Assembly (NCBI GenBank): GCA_977018835.1
Contig: OZ361256.1
Span: 6,200,001-6,264,000 of the forward strand
From: Minutocellus sp. GHC0000111
Taxonomy: Eukaryota
DNA length: 64,000 nucleotides
Reading direction: 5' to 3'
The notes under the pieces are model-generated. The model made no database searches and was not told the DNA's origin. It worked only from the letters and a program-made list of their open reading frames with translations. Shown piece by piece: positions 23,201 to 34,454 of the stretch (within the stretch, counting starts at the first letter, position 1; each line of letters opens with the position of its first letter). A program made the position numbers and the translations under genes.

Positions 23201-24749
23201 CTGATCGATTCGCTCCAAACTGTCGTTGGTTTTGCTCACATCCCCCACCATGGCACGGTTGGCGGATCGATCCTGCTCCAGTTCGGATTGGACGGACGAT
23301 ATCACGGCCTGGAGGGACTGCTCGAGCGCCGCCCGATTCTGTGCCTCCTGCATCCGATGGTCGTCGACCAGTTGCTTCAAGGCGGCATTGTCCTGGATCA
23401 GAGTTTGGACCAGACCATCCATGCTCTCCAACTGCTGCACGGTCTGGGCATGGGCGGTGTGGACGTCGTCAAATTTCCGCAGAGTATCGGTTTCCAACTT
23501 TTGGAGGAGTTGGGTGGTCGTGCCATTGAGAGCATCCATCTGCTGGACAAAGTTGGTTTGGGTCGTCGAAAGTTCGGTCGTCATGGTGTCCAATCGAGCC
23601 GTGAGGGTGGCCACCTTGCCGGTGGGGGCGGTCACGTCGTTGGCCAATAGGGCCAGCTGGGTGCGGGCGGTTTCCAATTCGGTCCGCAAGTGTTCGACGT
23701 TGGTGATGGCGGTGGTTTCCACCGTCGACACACGTCCATTGACCTCCTCGACTCTTTTTTGCACCTTGTGAACGTCACCCTCCACCTCGGTCACATTCTG
23801 TTCGATGCCGCTCACCACACCACTCAAATGCTGGAACTTGTCGTAGACGACATCGACCTCCTCGCGGATGGACTTGACGTTGGTCTGGAGATGTGTTAGG
23901 TCGGTTTGGAGATGGGTGACGGTGGGACGGAGCGGGGCGTCGACGTCCGGTCCGTGGATCTCCTGGTCGAGCCTGTGGTGTGTGTGTGTGTGTGTGGCAG
24001 ATATTGGTTTGGGAAGAGACGAAGAGGTTGATGTTGTGGTTGGTGAGAAATATGCATTTATGCAATCCACCCTTCATGACAGAGTGATATATAGATGTCC
24101 AACCTCCCACTCCACTCTCAAACTGCCTCACTCACCTGTCCAGGTTGTCCTGATGGACGTCCAGTTCCTCCGCCCCGAACGCGGATTCCAAATGGGTGTT
24201 TTGGGTCTGATAGTAGGAATTGAGACTGGCGTTGAGGGTGCTCCGGGAGGCATTGAGGTTGGACCGGAGGGCCGCCGAGCGGGGAGACGGGCGGGAGGTC
24301 GGGGAGGTCGCGGCAGAGGAGGACGAAGGGGGAGGGATGCCGCCACCGCCTCCTGGCCGGTCGTCGGCGGAGGTGTCCACCGAGAGGTTTGGAAGGGCTG
24401 CAGCTGCAGTATTGCCGTGAGCAGACGGGTTGGGGGTCGTCATGCCGATGCCCATGGAAAGGTCGGGAGGCCTCAACGCGCCGGCGTCGCGGGCGGTGAA
24501 CTGGACTTCGGCGTTCCCTCCTCCTCCATGGTTGTTGTTGCTGCTGCCGTTGCTGTGATGGCCATTGCCGGCCAGGCTGCCCGGGCTGATGGTGGACACC
24601 GACGCCCCGCCGCCGCCGCCGGTCGTATTGTGGAAACCACCGCTGGCATTGTTCATGACCGACAGTACCGCGGCGGGACTTTCCGAGGCCAACCCCCCGG
24701 CCGAACGGTACGGCACCGTCGGGGGCAGATTTGCCGTCGAATTGGCCAT
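20231..24749 (-). CDS. Large coiled-coil / low-complexity protein, intron 24135-23973
   Basis: GT-AG intron joins DNLDR-LDQEIH. Long heptad-rich region and a globular C-terminal domain. Start codon is uncertain. Confidence 0.75.
23977..23996. repeat. (TG)n microsatellite inside an intron
   Basis: Run of tg dinucleotides. Confidence 0.85.
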
Positions 24750-24870
24750 GGCTGAGTCATTAGCGGCATTGTTGCTCCCGGTGGGAGCAGTAGCTACGGC
24801 GGTGGGATTGGTGGTGGCAGTCAGCAAGGCAAAGAGCCGGCGGACACAAGCAACAACTCGTGCTGAAACG

Positions 24871-25723
24871 ATGAGGACCAGCCCTTCTCGTTGGCCCGCC
24901 TCCTGCTGCTGGGGGCGCTCGGTCTCCTTGTTGCCTGCTCCAACATGGGTCCCAACAATAGCAACGCCGGAAACATCATGGTGGCGGCCGCGGCAGCAGC
25001 CGACGCGGTACGTTTTGGCTTGTTTGTGAACCGAAATAAATAAAATACACGAGGGGGGGGGGCAGAAGGCACGACCACCGTACCATTATTTTGCCTGTGC
25101 AAACTTCTCTGACTCGTATACTCATTTCTCCGCATGCATCTCCCATCTCATCACTCTTTGCTTGGTAGGCCCCGGAGGTCAAGACCGCCGCCGTCGATGC
25201 CGCCTCCACCTCCACCACCGCCGATTCCGCCCAAGAACAACCAGTCAAGCCCACCGGCGTTCACTCCATCCTGGTCCAGTTCTGCACCTCGTGAGGCATG
25301 GCCAGGAACTACCAAGAAGTACGGAAGTTCCTAGAAGCCAACTATCCAGAACTGCGTGGTCGCATCCGCGGAGAAAATTACCCCGTACCGCCGCACGCTC
25401 AATATCTTGGCATGGCCCTCCAATTCTTCCAGTTGTTCATGCTCGCGTGCGTGTTCATGGGCGATGCCATTTGGAACTTTGTGCCATTTGTCCAGCAACC
25501 GCCCGGTTGGTACTTTGCCGCCAAGGAGAATGGCATGGCGGTCATCATTGGGGTGTTTCTGGTGGTGCCGACGTTGGTGCAGAACATGACGACGACGGGT
25601 GCGTTTGAGATTGTGCTGGACGATGGCATTGTCCTGTACAGCAAGCTGGCGACCGGACGGATGCCCAATGGCAACGACATCATCGAGGCGTTGGCCAAGG
25701 TGGGGATGACGATGGAGCAATAA
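24871..25723 (+). CDS. SELENOT: Selenoprotein T (SelT/Rdx family) with Sec TGA at 25292-25294; intron 25008-25168
   Basis: ILVQFCTSUGM (CxxU), followed by GENYP, TTGAFEI and YSKLATGRMP. The signal peptide (FSLARLLLLGALGLLVAC) is reachable from ATG 24871 only if one C is added near 24884. Confidence 0.92.
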
Positions 25724-25819
25724 TAGTTATGCTGAATGGATGTTATAATGTGATGGGGATGATGAGAGCTGGAGGACAGACACTGCTGCCGAGGTTTGGA
25801 ACTTACTTATTCAATATGC

Positions 25820-25908
25820 GGGCATGAATGAAGGGATGCGTTGGCTTGCTGCGCATACTACGTAGGTGGTAATGTGGCGGCGGGCGGGCGCATCCTTGAT
25901 ATATGCTC
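25820..25908 (+). promoter_or_regulatory. Putative SECIS element in the SelT 3' UTR (atypical)
   Basis: Helix GGGCAT/ATGCTC; core ATGAA (25828) with TGAT (25897); stem GGGATGCG/CGCATCCT extended by G-U pairs. Confidence 0.7.
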
Positions 25909-26259
25909 ATCTGTTGGGAAGTCTTCTTTGGTGAATTGTCTTGTCCCTCTGATTTCTCCGTGCGTGGTGGTTGCACATACAATGATATAAAGTAGGCCGG
26001 CTATTGGATTGATGCTGAACTGACGTCGGAAAGGACGTGAAGGCGTCAGTTAGTCATCCGTCAACCCAGCCATGCAGATCGACCGAGCATTGCATTGGCT
26101 GTCGCCTATCTCTTTCCGGTAGCGGCGGTGCTTACTATCTCGTGCTTGGGATGCGGATACGCTGGTGTTCCTACTCTAGCTCTAGCAGTCTTAGTAAGAG
26201 AAGGGTACTAGTATCCAGCTATAGGAGCCATGCATAGCCGACGCAGCGGTGTTTTTGTC

Positions 26260-28425
26260 ATGCCAGCCTGCTCCCTGCTCCTTCTTCGGGCGTGCTGTCG
26301 GCACAGTGTCTCGGCATACACGTACACTATGTGCCAATCATACTTCGCCAGTGGGCCAGCCGCCTCCCTTCGTCTCCGTTCCCGCCGTCGTCCATTGTCA
26401 TCGCAACCATCTCGCGGCTTCGGCGCCCTCCGCCGCACGACGCCGACCATGATGCCCGAGGGTCCCGAGGTCCGAACGCTGGTCGACCAGCTCCAGCCCG
26501 CCGTCGGCATGCGGTTGGCCGACCTCCGCTTCCTCTCGGGACGGTACGTCCGGCACGGCCGACCGAAGGGATTCGACGACTTTCGCAAGACCATGACGCC
26601 GTTCGATCAGAAAAGGAGTCTCGTGGAGAAGAGCAAGAGCAGCAAGAGCAAGAGCGAGGTTGGTGGTGAAACGGACAGCAGCGACGCTAGTAGTAGCGGT
26701 TCTGTCGACGCCGATGACGAGGGAGATATGTTGGCCAGGGCCCTCACCACACAAGACTTTGCAGAAGTCGACGTAGTCACCGAATGGAAGGCCAAGGGCA
26801 ATTTCATCTACCTTATCCTGGACGATGGCAATTCCTCGGCCGTTACAGCCGGACCAAACAATGTCGTCGACGAATCGGACTACCTCCGGAGCATATGGAT
26901 TACGCTCGGGATGAGCGGCAGGTTCGTCTCGGAAACTGCCAACAGCGCCTCCGACTATTTTCACGAGTACGGCAACGGCGCCGAGGACGGGGCGCGCTGG
27001 TACATGGACTTTTGGGATCCCAAAACCGAGCGGACCAGGAGGGTGTTCTATCACGACACCCGCAATTTTGGCACGCTCCGCTTCTCATTGTCCGAGAGCG
27101 AGCTTATGCAAAAACTTGCTACCTTGGGATTGGACATTTTTGATGCAAAGACGACGGTGGACGGCTTCTTACCTGTGGTGGATAGGACCAAACCGACCGT
27201 GAACATTTGCAAATTTCTAATGGATCAGAAAAAGATAAGTGGAATCGGGAATTACATATTGGCCGAAGGTCTATATAGGGCCAACATCGACCCCTTCGCC
27301 AGTCTCTCGGAACTGACCGAGCAGCAGAAGCGAACGTTGTTCGACGAGGTCCAGGCCACCGCCCAGCTCAGCTACGCCAGCCAGGGCCTGACTCGACAGA
27401 AGGGCGGCTCGTACCGCACCCCGGACGGGCAGAGGGGCAAGTTCGAGTTCAGCCTGCAGTGCTACGGGCAGGACAAGTGTCCGAGGGGCAGGCCGGTACT
27501 GCGGGAGACGGAGGGACCTCATGGCCGGACCATATGGTATGTTGAATCGCAGCTGTTCGTGCCTCGGAGTATGCGAGGTCCCAAGGGGGAGGTACTAGAT
27601 GATACTGGTAGTGCGGTCCCATCTGCAATAGGAAAAGCCAAGAAGCCACGGATCGGGAAAGACGTGGCCAGTCTACTTGACGGTAGCAACAATGCTACAA
27701 GCAGTAAACGCGCGACGAACGGGATAACTCACAGCAATTTTGCCGATGGCATCAAAGATCCAGGTTGGAAGGCAGCATTGAACAATTGGACGTCGTCGGA
27801 TAGATTTGCCGACTTGGCTGACTTTGTCCGAAGCGAGAGGGAATCCGGTGTCGATATATATCCACCAGAAGATGAAGTATTCTCCGCCCTCAATCTGTGC
27901 CCACTTGACGAAGTGAACGTGGTCATTGTTGGACAAGACCCCTATCATGGACCCGGCCAGGGCCATGGGCTGGCATTTTCGGTCAAGCCTTGTGTCCGTC
28001 CGCCACCCTCACTGCAAAATGTATTCCGGGAGGCCATTGAAGACGTTGGCATTGAGACGCCAAGGTATGGATATCTTACAAGTTGGGCCGAGCAGGGTGT
28101 ACTGCTTCTAAACTCTGTGCTGACCGTTCAAAGAGGGCAGGCAAACAGCCATGCTCGAAGGGGTTGGGAAGAGTTTACCGATGAAATCATCAAGAAGTTG
28201 AATGCCGATAAGGAGGGGCTTGTATTTCTGTTGTGGGGCGGGCCCGCTCAGAAGAAGGCTGCTTCAGTCGACGAATCGAGACATACGGTCATCAAGACGA
28301 GCCATCCCAGTCCCCTCGGAGCTACGAAGACTGCCAGTCCATTCTTGGGAAGTCGGTGCTTTAGTCGAACGAACAAAGCTCTTGTGGACGCTGATAAGGA
28401 TCCCATCGACTGGAATGTCAAGTAG
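26260..28425 (+). CDS. Fpg/Nei DNA glycosylase fused to family-1 uracil-DNA glycosylase, with an N-terminal targeting extension
   Basis: MPEGPEV (26452), DTRNFG, LMDQKKISGIGNY..E.LY and GRTIWY; then GQDPYH, GLAFSV, GVLLLN and HPSPL, all in one ORF. Confidence 0.92.
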   Translation: MPACSLLLLRACCRHSVSAYTYTMCQSYFASGPAASLRLRSRRRPLSSQPSRGFGALRRTTPTMMPEGPEVRTLVDQLQPAVGMRLADLRFLSGRYVRHGRPKGFDDFRKTMTPFDQKRSLVEKSKSSKSKSEVGGETDSSDASSSGSVDADDEGDMLARALTTQDFAEVDVVTEWKAKGNFIYLILDDGNSSAVTAGPNNVVDESDYLRSIWITLGMSGRFVSETANSASDYFHEYGNGAEDGARWYMDFWDPKTERTRRVFYHDTRNFGTLRFSLSESELMQKLATLGLDIFDAKTTVDGFLPVVDRTKPTVNICKFLMDQKKISGIGNYILAEGLYRANIDPFASLSELTEQQKRTLFDEVQATAQLSYASQGLTRQKGGSYRTPDGQRGKFEFSLQCYGQDKCPRGRPVLRETEGPHGRTIWYVESQLFVPRSMRGPKGEVLDDTGSAVPSAIGKAKKPRIGKDVASLLDGSNNATSSKRATNGITHSNFADGIKDPGWKAALNNWTSSDRFADLADFVRSERESGVDIYPPEDEVFSALNLCPLDEVNVVIVGQDPYHGPGQGHGLAFSVKPCVRPPPSLQNVFREAIEDVGIETPRYGYLTSWAEQGVLLLNSVLTVQRGQANSHARRGWEEFTDEIIKKLNADKEGLVFLLWGGPAQKKAASVDESRHTVIKTSHPSPLGATKTASPFLGSRCFSRTNKALVDADKDPIDWNVK

Positions 28426-28771
28426 ATATAGTAGCTAGTCTGAGCAAGAAGTTCGATGACCTTCTTGAAAAGGTAGTTCTCACCAAAGAAACACATGATC
28501 GAGCCATAAAGGGTTTCGATATTTTGAAGTGGGAGGTCAACCAGGTCCTCGATGAAGATATTGATAAGCATATCACCTGGGAGTGGTAGTTCGGCACTTT
28601 CACGTCGGAAAAGCTACATGATGTAGTAGTACCTAAATTCAATATATGCCCTTACCCATTCCAACATGACAATAATGCAAAAGCATTCTTAAAATTTAAT
28701 CCAGTTCGAATTCAATACCTTTACAACTGTACTAGTACAATCAAATTAAGGCAATTTTATTTTATTTTTAT

Positions 28772-31700
28772 TTAGTCATAATCAGACCACTGCCCATCGT
28801 CGTCAAGGTCGTCCTCGCGCTCGGGACGGTACAGATTGAGCTTTTCTCGGAGCTCATTTGCTGTCGTAGGTATTCCACTTCCATTGGCCTCGCCGACAGC
28901 ACAAAGTGCGCCAGTTATCGCCCGAATCATACGATCTTCCGATGCTTCAATCATCGAAGCAATTTCTCGACGGCTTTCATCGACCGACATTTGCAACCGC
29001 TCCTCGACCCCGACCATCTTGTTGTTCTGCTGAACTTCGGTCTCCGTTAGAGCATGGCGCAAATTATCGGTGATACCCTTGACCTCAGATTTCATTTCCT
29101 TCTTATTTGCCTGCATCATCTTTCGCAGTCTTGTCAGCTGGATCTCGGTCTGATTCATACCGGTGGTTTCACCTCCATCGCCCCCGGCAGCCTGGGCGGA
29201 TAGAGCAAGGAGTTTGTTATCGTCCTCCTCGGTGAGGAAATCGACTCCACGGCTGACAATATCATACACGTCCTCAATGATATCATTGATCTTTTGCGTC
29301 AGAACTGACTTGACCTCGATGTCGTGTTGAGCGACTGATGAGCTGTATCGGAAGTTTCGCTGAATGTGATGCATCGTGAACTTGATGACGCTCATCGCGC
29401 CAACGAAGAATGCAAACAAACAAAGCGCCTCGAGGTCAAACCAGTATGTGTCAGACGAGTGAAACAGCCACCCCGGCGACCCACCACCCGATCGAGAGAG
29501 ATGGGCCTTGGCCGTGCTGACGAAGAGTTTTGTAACTACCGCACCGATGACGACGCCGACTACGTCCATATTGAACTGAGCCTCGCGTAGCTTCACATCA
29601 CCATTCAGAGTCTTTCGGAAGAATTGATGCAACGAGCTAAGCTCGGAAACAAATAGAATACGGGCCTTGCCAAGCATTGTCTTGGACGTAGTGGTGGATG
29701 TCGCATAGGATTCGGACACGATGGCGATCAAAATGTTGAGGAGGACAACGGTAACGCCAAAGGTATACAAAATGAACAGGAGTGTGATACTGGGATGTTT
29801 CCGAAGTGACAGCGAATCGAAATCTCCAAGCATGAGAGTATATGCTTTGAGGTATCCCTCCAGCGAAAAGTATTGGTAATGGCCACCTATTTGCGGTGCC
29901 TCGGCGCTGTTGGCATCCGTGGGCTCGAACGTAAGTGATACAAACATTTGCGCAAAGGAAGACATGGCAATCATCAAAACCAACATGATATCTTTCATGA
30001 TCTCGACAGAGCACAGAATGAACGTAGCGAGCTGTTTATTCCACATCTTAAGGTGACCAAGGACTCGAAGCCAAAGAAAGGGAGTCGTTGTGACTACAGC
30101 CACTCTCAAATAAAAGGGAATGGTGCTGTCAACGCAACTTTCGTCAAACGCTCTCCATCGAAGATGCAAGTCGACCGCAGTGGCACAGAAGGCCACGAAG
30201 AAGAGGGGGACGACGTCGATCAGATTCCAAAAGGTGAAGAAATCAGACCAAAAGAGACGCGGGGAAAGGTTGTACTTGGCAAAACTGAGCTGGATCTCCT
30301 TGACAATGAAGTGGAAGACGCACGCGAACAGGAGCATATTCGCAAATAGATACTGAAACGGCCGAAAGCGGCCATCCAGTGGGTTGAGATGGAACATTGC
30401 CGGGGCAGGACCGAGGCGGAACGAGAGAATGAGAAGAAAGTGGATAATACCATCGATAACAGCAATCGTCATTGCGAACGGGCTGAAAATTCTCTTGTCC
30501 AGGGCTCGTTGGACGACAGGAGTCATCGTCGCCCGAGTAACGAGAGTTGTATCAAGTACGCAAAGGATGCGGATCAGACCGCAGATGCTGCCAATGGTAT
30601 CATAAAGCGCGTCCCGCTTCTTTCGGAAATGGCGCAGATCGCTTCCATTGATCATTTCCGTCGCATTAGACCCTGATAGCTGCCCCCTTGCCATCTGGAT
30701 GTGATGCAATACGTGAAGATCATCTTGAACATTGAGACTGCTGATAGACTCGAGGTAGTAAACACCAGCTTCAGCGAACTTATATCCGTCATTCTCTTCC
30801 AAGAGACCCACGACTCTTGCGGCCTTGTCCAAGGAACCGGACCGGTTGTCCGAATTCGAGTTGGCGCTGCTGAGGGTACCGAACAAACTAGTCAAACTTC
30901 CAGACCGCCCGCCGAAGAAGCCCGTCTGACTTGCTTGGGATGATCTTCCCCACGCAAGATTACGATTGCTGTCTTGACTGGCAAGGCTGTTCCGCCGCCC
31001 GCCCATGTGCCTCATGGACTTGGATCTATCGAATCGATTTCCTGCGTAGTAAACGTTCACATGCGCCCCCGCATGAATGCCCTTATTGAGCATATTAACA
31101 AGCCACTTTCCATCACCAAGAGAATTTGCGCTGAAGAGGACCTTGTGAACGATGGATAGCTCAAAAACGCGGGCGCGGGCCGCCTTGTCCTCGATGAGCA
31201 GGAGTTCTTCAACCAAATGTGGGATAGATGCAAGCTTCTCAACGACAATGTCATCATAAACCTCATTGACTGCACTGGTAGATTTTTGCGCCATAAAGGA
31301 TGGCCTTTTCAAGGCTCTCTTGCGATTCAAAACAGCCTGATTGGCAGTCTCTGATCCGTCTGACGAGACAAGACTTTTGCCGCTGTTGTGTCCTCCACCG
31401 CCGGACATTTCGGCCTTGAGCGCGAGATTGGATGCAGCGCAACCAGCTGGTTGGGCGATTGATCAATGATGGCCGACAGTACACGGAGAGACCACTCAAC
31501 GAGTGGAGGTAGATCGTGAATCTCCTCATCGTCATCGTCTTCCTCTTCTTCACCGCACACCTCGCGGATATTTTCCAGAACATCCTTGCCAAGCGATTCG
31601 ACGCTGATATCATCGTCGTCCTTCTCAGCAAGCTCGTCGGAATCGTCATCATCCTTGTCCTCCGGCGTTTCCATGTAGGCAGCATAGTCATCGCCATAAT

Positions 31701-33435
31701 CCTCGTCATCGTCTCCGTGTCTACTGCCCCAACCGCTACTGGCAACGCTAAACCGCTTGGCCATCTTTGCCTGCTGCTTTCGAGCTTTGGCCTCCGATTT
31801 GCGCCTGATAGCCGCCGCCTTCTTCCTCTTATAGTCCGACTTCCACAAACGAACGGCCCGGCGGGCACTGATCCACTTGATGATCACCTCTGTGAATGGC
31901 AGACGACCTTCGTCATCCTCAATGATGATGGCCGAAGGGTATGCCGGGAGCAGTTCCTTCAGAATAAAGTCATCTACACGGGCAATGGACGCGCCAACAT
32001 TTCCAGTGGAAAGAAGAATCAAATCCCGATTGAGACCGATGCAATGAAGCGGGAGACTGCATGTGGAAAGAGTTACATTCGATCGAGTTAGCAACCGGCG
32101 TATAAAGTGTACAACAAAATCAATATAATCAAGATAAATCCCATGAAATACACGCATGGCAAAACTTACCGTCCAGCATCATCTTCGGCCTTGGAGCAGG
32201 CATTGTCGCCCTGTATCAAGCTCTCATGGAAGCTATGGCGCAGGGCCGTCAGACTGGGACAGTGCAAGCACTCATCGCACAAGTCAATCTCCAGATAATC
32301 GTCCGGATTGGCCAACCCGCTCAGGTGCATCGATTCACCGAATTGGCTGCTCGATTCTCCCCGTCCGGTCGAGGAGGCATGCGACACGCCCGAAGTACGA
32401 CGGCCGTACATCATGCGCGACGAACTCCCGGATCCGCTCCGTGGCCGACCATCGGCTGTTTTGCCAAAGCTTCCCAACGATGGGTCGGACGTATTGTTGT
32501 TTTTCTTTTGTTGCTGGGCCATTGGCACGGCGCATGCCGGCCGTCTGCTCGAACGACGTGGTCTTGGCATTCTGCACATTCCGGGCGGTCTTCTGCTTGA
32601 CCAGCAGACCCGGCCGAGCGCGGAGACTGGACGGTGGTCCACCACCGCCAGAATTGTTTCCACCGCCGCTATTATTGTTGGCATTGGATCGGTTGCTCGT
32701 GGAGGCCGTGGCACCGGACGCACCGCGGCTGTCGTCGAATCGATGCTTGTTGCTGTTAGTGCTGCTCGTCTGACCTTGACCTTGGGCCGGGGCACCACCA
32801 AAGGCGGCGAGGGCCGGTCCGATGGCATCCAGCGTGATGCTGCACTCCGATTCGGCCTCGGAGGCCACGCTGGAGGCCGACAAACGACGGGCATTGCCTC
32901 CTGACTTCCCCCGTGAGGGCGATGACGCAGTGGTGGGCAGCGGCACCGAGGTATGCTTGAGGCTGCTCCGCCGGGGCATGGCGGTGCGGTGCTCGGGAGG
33001 TTCGTGGACCTTCAGGTGCGTTTCGTCGTTGTCATTATTGTCATCGATCACGTTGAAATCGCCTTGAGACGATCCGCCCAGCAGAGTACCCTCGATCTCC
33101 ATGACAATTTCGGCGGCAGGGGTCGTGTCGTCCTTCTTCTCGTCGTCGCCACAATTGACATCAGCAATGTTATTCGCATTTTCATCCATCTCGTCATGAC
33201 TGTCCCCGCCGCCCTTGAGGGGCTGCACTCCACGAGGTCCGAGCATGCTGGACGGTGCACCGTTGGCATTTGAACTGGAGCTGATACTGGTATGCTCTGG
33301 GGATCCATTCTCCCGAATGCTCGACAGCTTGGTTCTTTGCTGGTCGTTGTTGGTATCGGCCTCATCATCCGACCCCGGCGGGGTTAGCGGTCCCATGCCC
33401 GCCAGAAGACTACGCTTGCTGCCTCGGGATGGCAT
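28772..33435 (-). CDS. TRP-like cation channel; intron 32169-32057; frameshifts at ~32532 and ~31438
   Basis: FWNLID, LWLRVLGHLK, LMLGDFD and VLLNILIAIVSESY across a six-TM region; degenerate ankyrin-like EDDxGRLP repeats. The intron restores DAGR-LPLHC. Confidence 0.8.
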
Positions 33436-34454
33436 TGGGAATGAAACAATCCAAACTGAATTGAATTGACGCAATGAATTTTAATTTTCCGAATGTCCGA
33501 CTTGACTTGACTTTGACTATCAAATCAAAGAAAACCAGCACAAGATGTGTTACAGCGATGAAAACTCAAAGATACAGCCGATATTCTGAAATTCAGTACG
33601 TCTTCCAAATACTTTCAGGGAAAGCTGGGGCCAAACAAGTAGGGAAGAGTTGAATCCAGTCAATGTGCACCGTGGAGCACTGAACTTGCCCCTTGTGTGT
33701 GATGCTCGCTCAGGAAACCCCGCGCAAATATAATAAATTTTTGAGCACGTGATTCTGCCAGAATTTCTCACACCACGGCCTGTTCCGCAAAGGATCGATC
33801 GCTGATCTGGGGCTATTATATCAACCGGCAGCTAATCGGAGTCAACCAATTGCAATTGGACCAGTAGGGCAAAGCCAACTGCTCCCGGGTTGCAATGAAA
33901 TTGCCTCTCCACGGCCGCACACAATACTCCGAGAGCCCGCCCTTGCAAGCAATGCGCGTTCTCGCTCGTTGCAAAAGAATGCGGAGAAATGAATGGAATT
34001 GATCCGTCCAAGCAATATATCAGATCAACGAGAATAAAGTCTATCTTGGCCTGTTGGGTCTCGTGTTCAGCCAATAACAATTGTGGCCCGCCTCCTCTCC
34101 TTGCTTGGCGAAGATGCGCGCGTCCGGCAAACGCATGGTTGGGTGACGGCCAGCTGTCAGAAACGGACGCGGCGTCTCAAATGAGCTGACGTGGCACCAA
34201 ATCCTTTCCAGATGACGTCGAAAGACACATTGGCCCTTCGAGACAGAAGTACACGAGCGCCGGAAGCTGCGCCGGAGCCTGCAAAAGTCGAAAAACCATC
34301 GTTGGATTTTTGAGATTTGGTCGGCACGAGCAGATATGCTTCCATTTGCTTGGGACAAAAACGTTGAGTATCGACGAGTGCATTTTAGTACCAACAGCGA
34401 ATTGACCCGTAGGTGAAAGTCAACGTCAATCACCTAATACAACTCATCTTTACC

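Noticed and set aside
22472..23650. Long antisense ORFs (also 17269-17979, 35712-36695, 49261-49950, 57656-58633, 62739-63650)
   Set aside because: They are shadows of GC-rich coding sequence on the opposite strand and carry no recognisable motifs.
28437..28589. Coding-like fragment SLSKKFDDLLEK...HITWEW after the UNG stop
   Set aside because: It has no start codon, no convincing splice link and no recognisable family; possibly a gene remnant.
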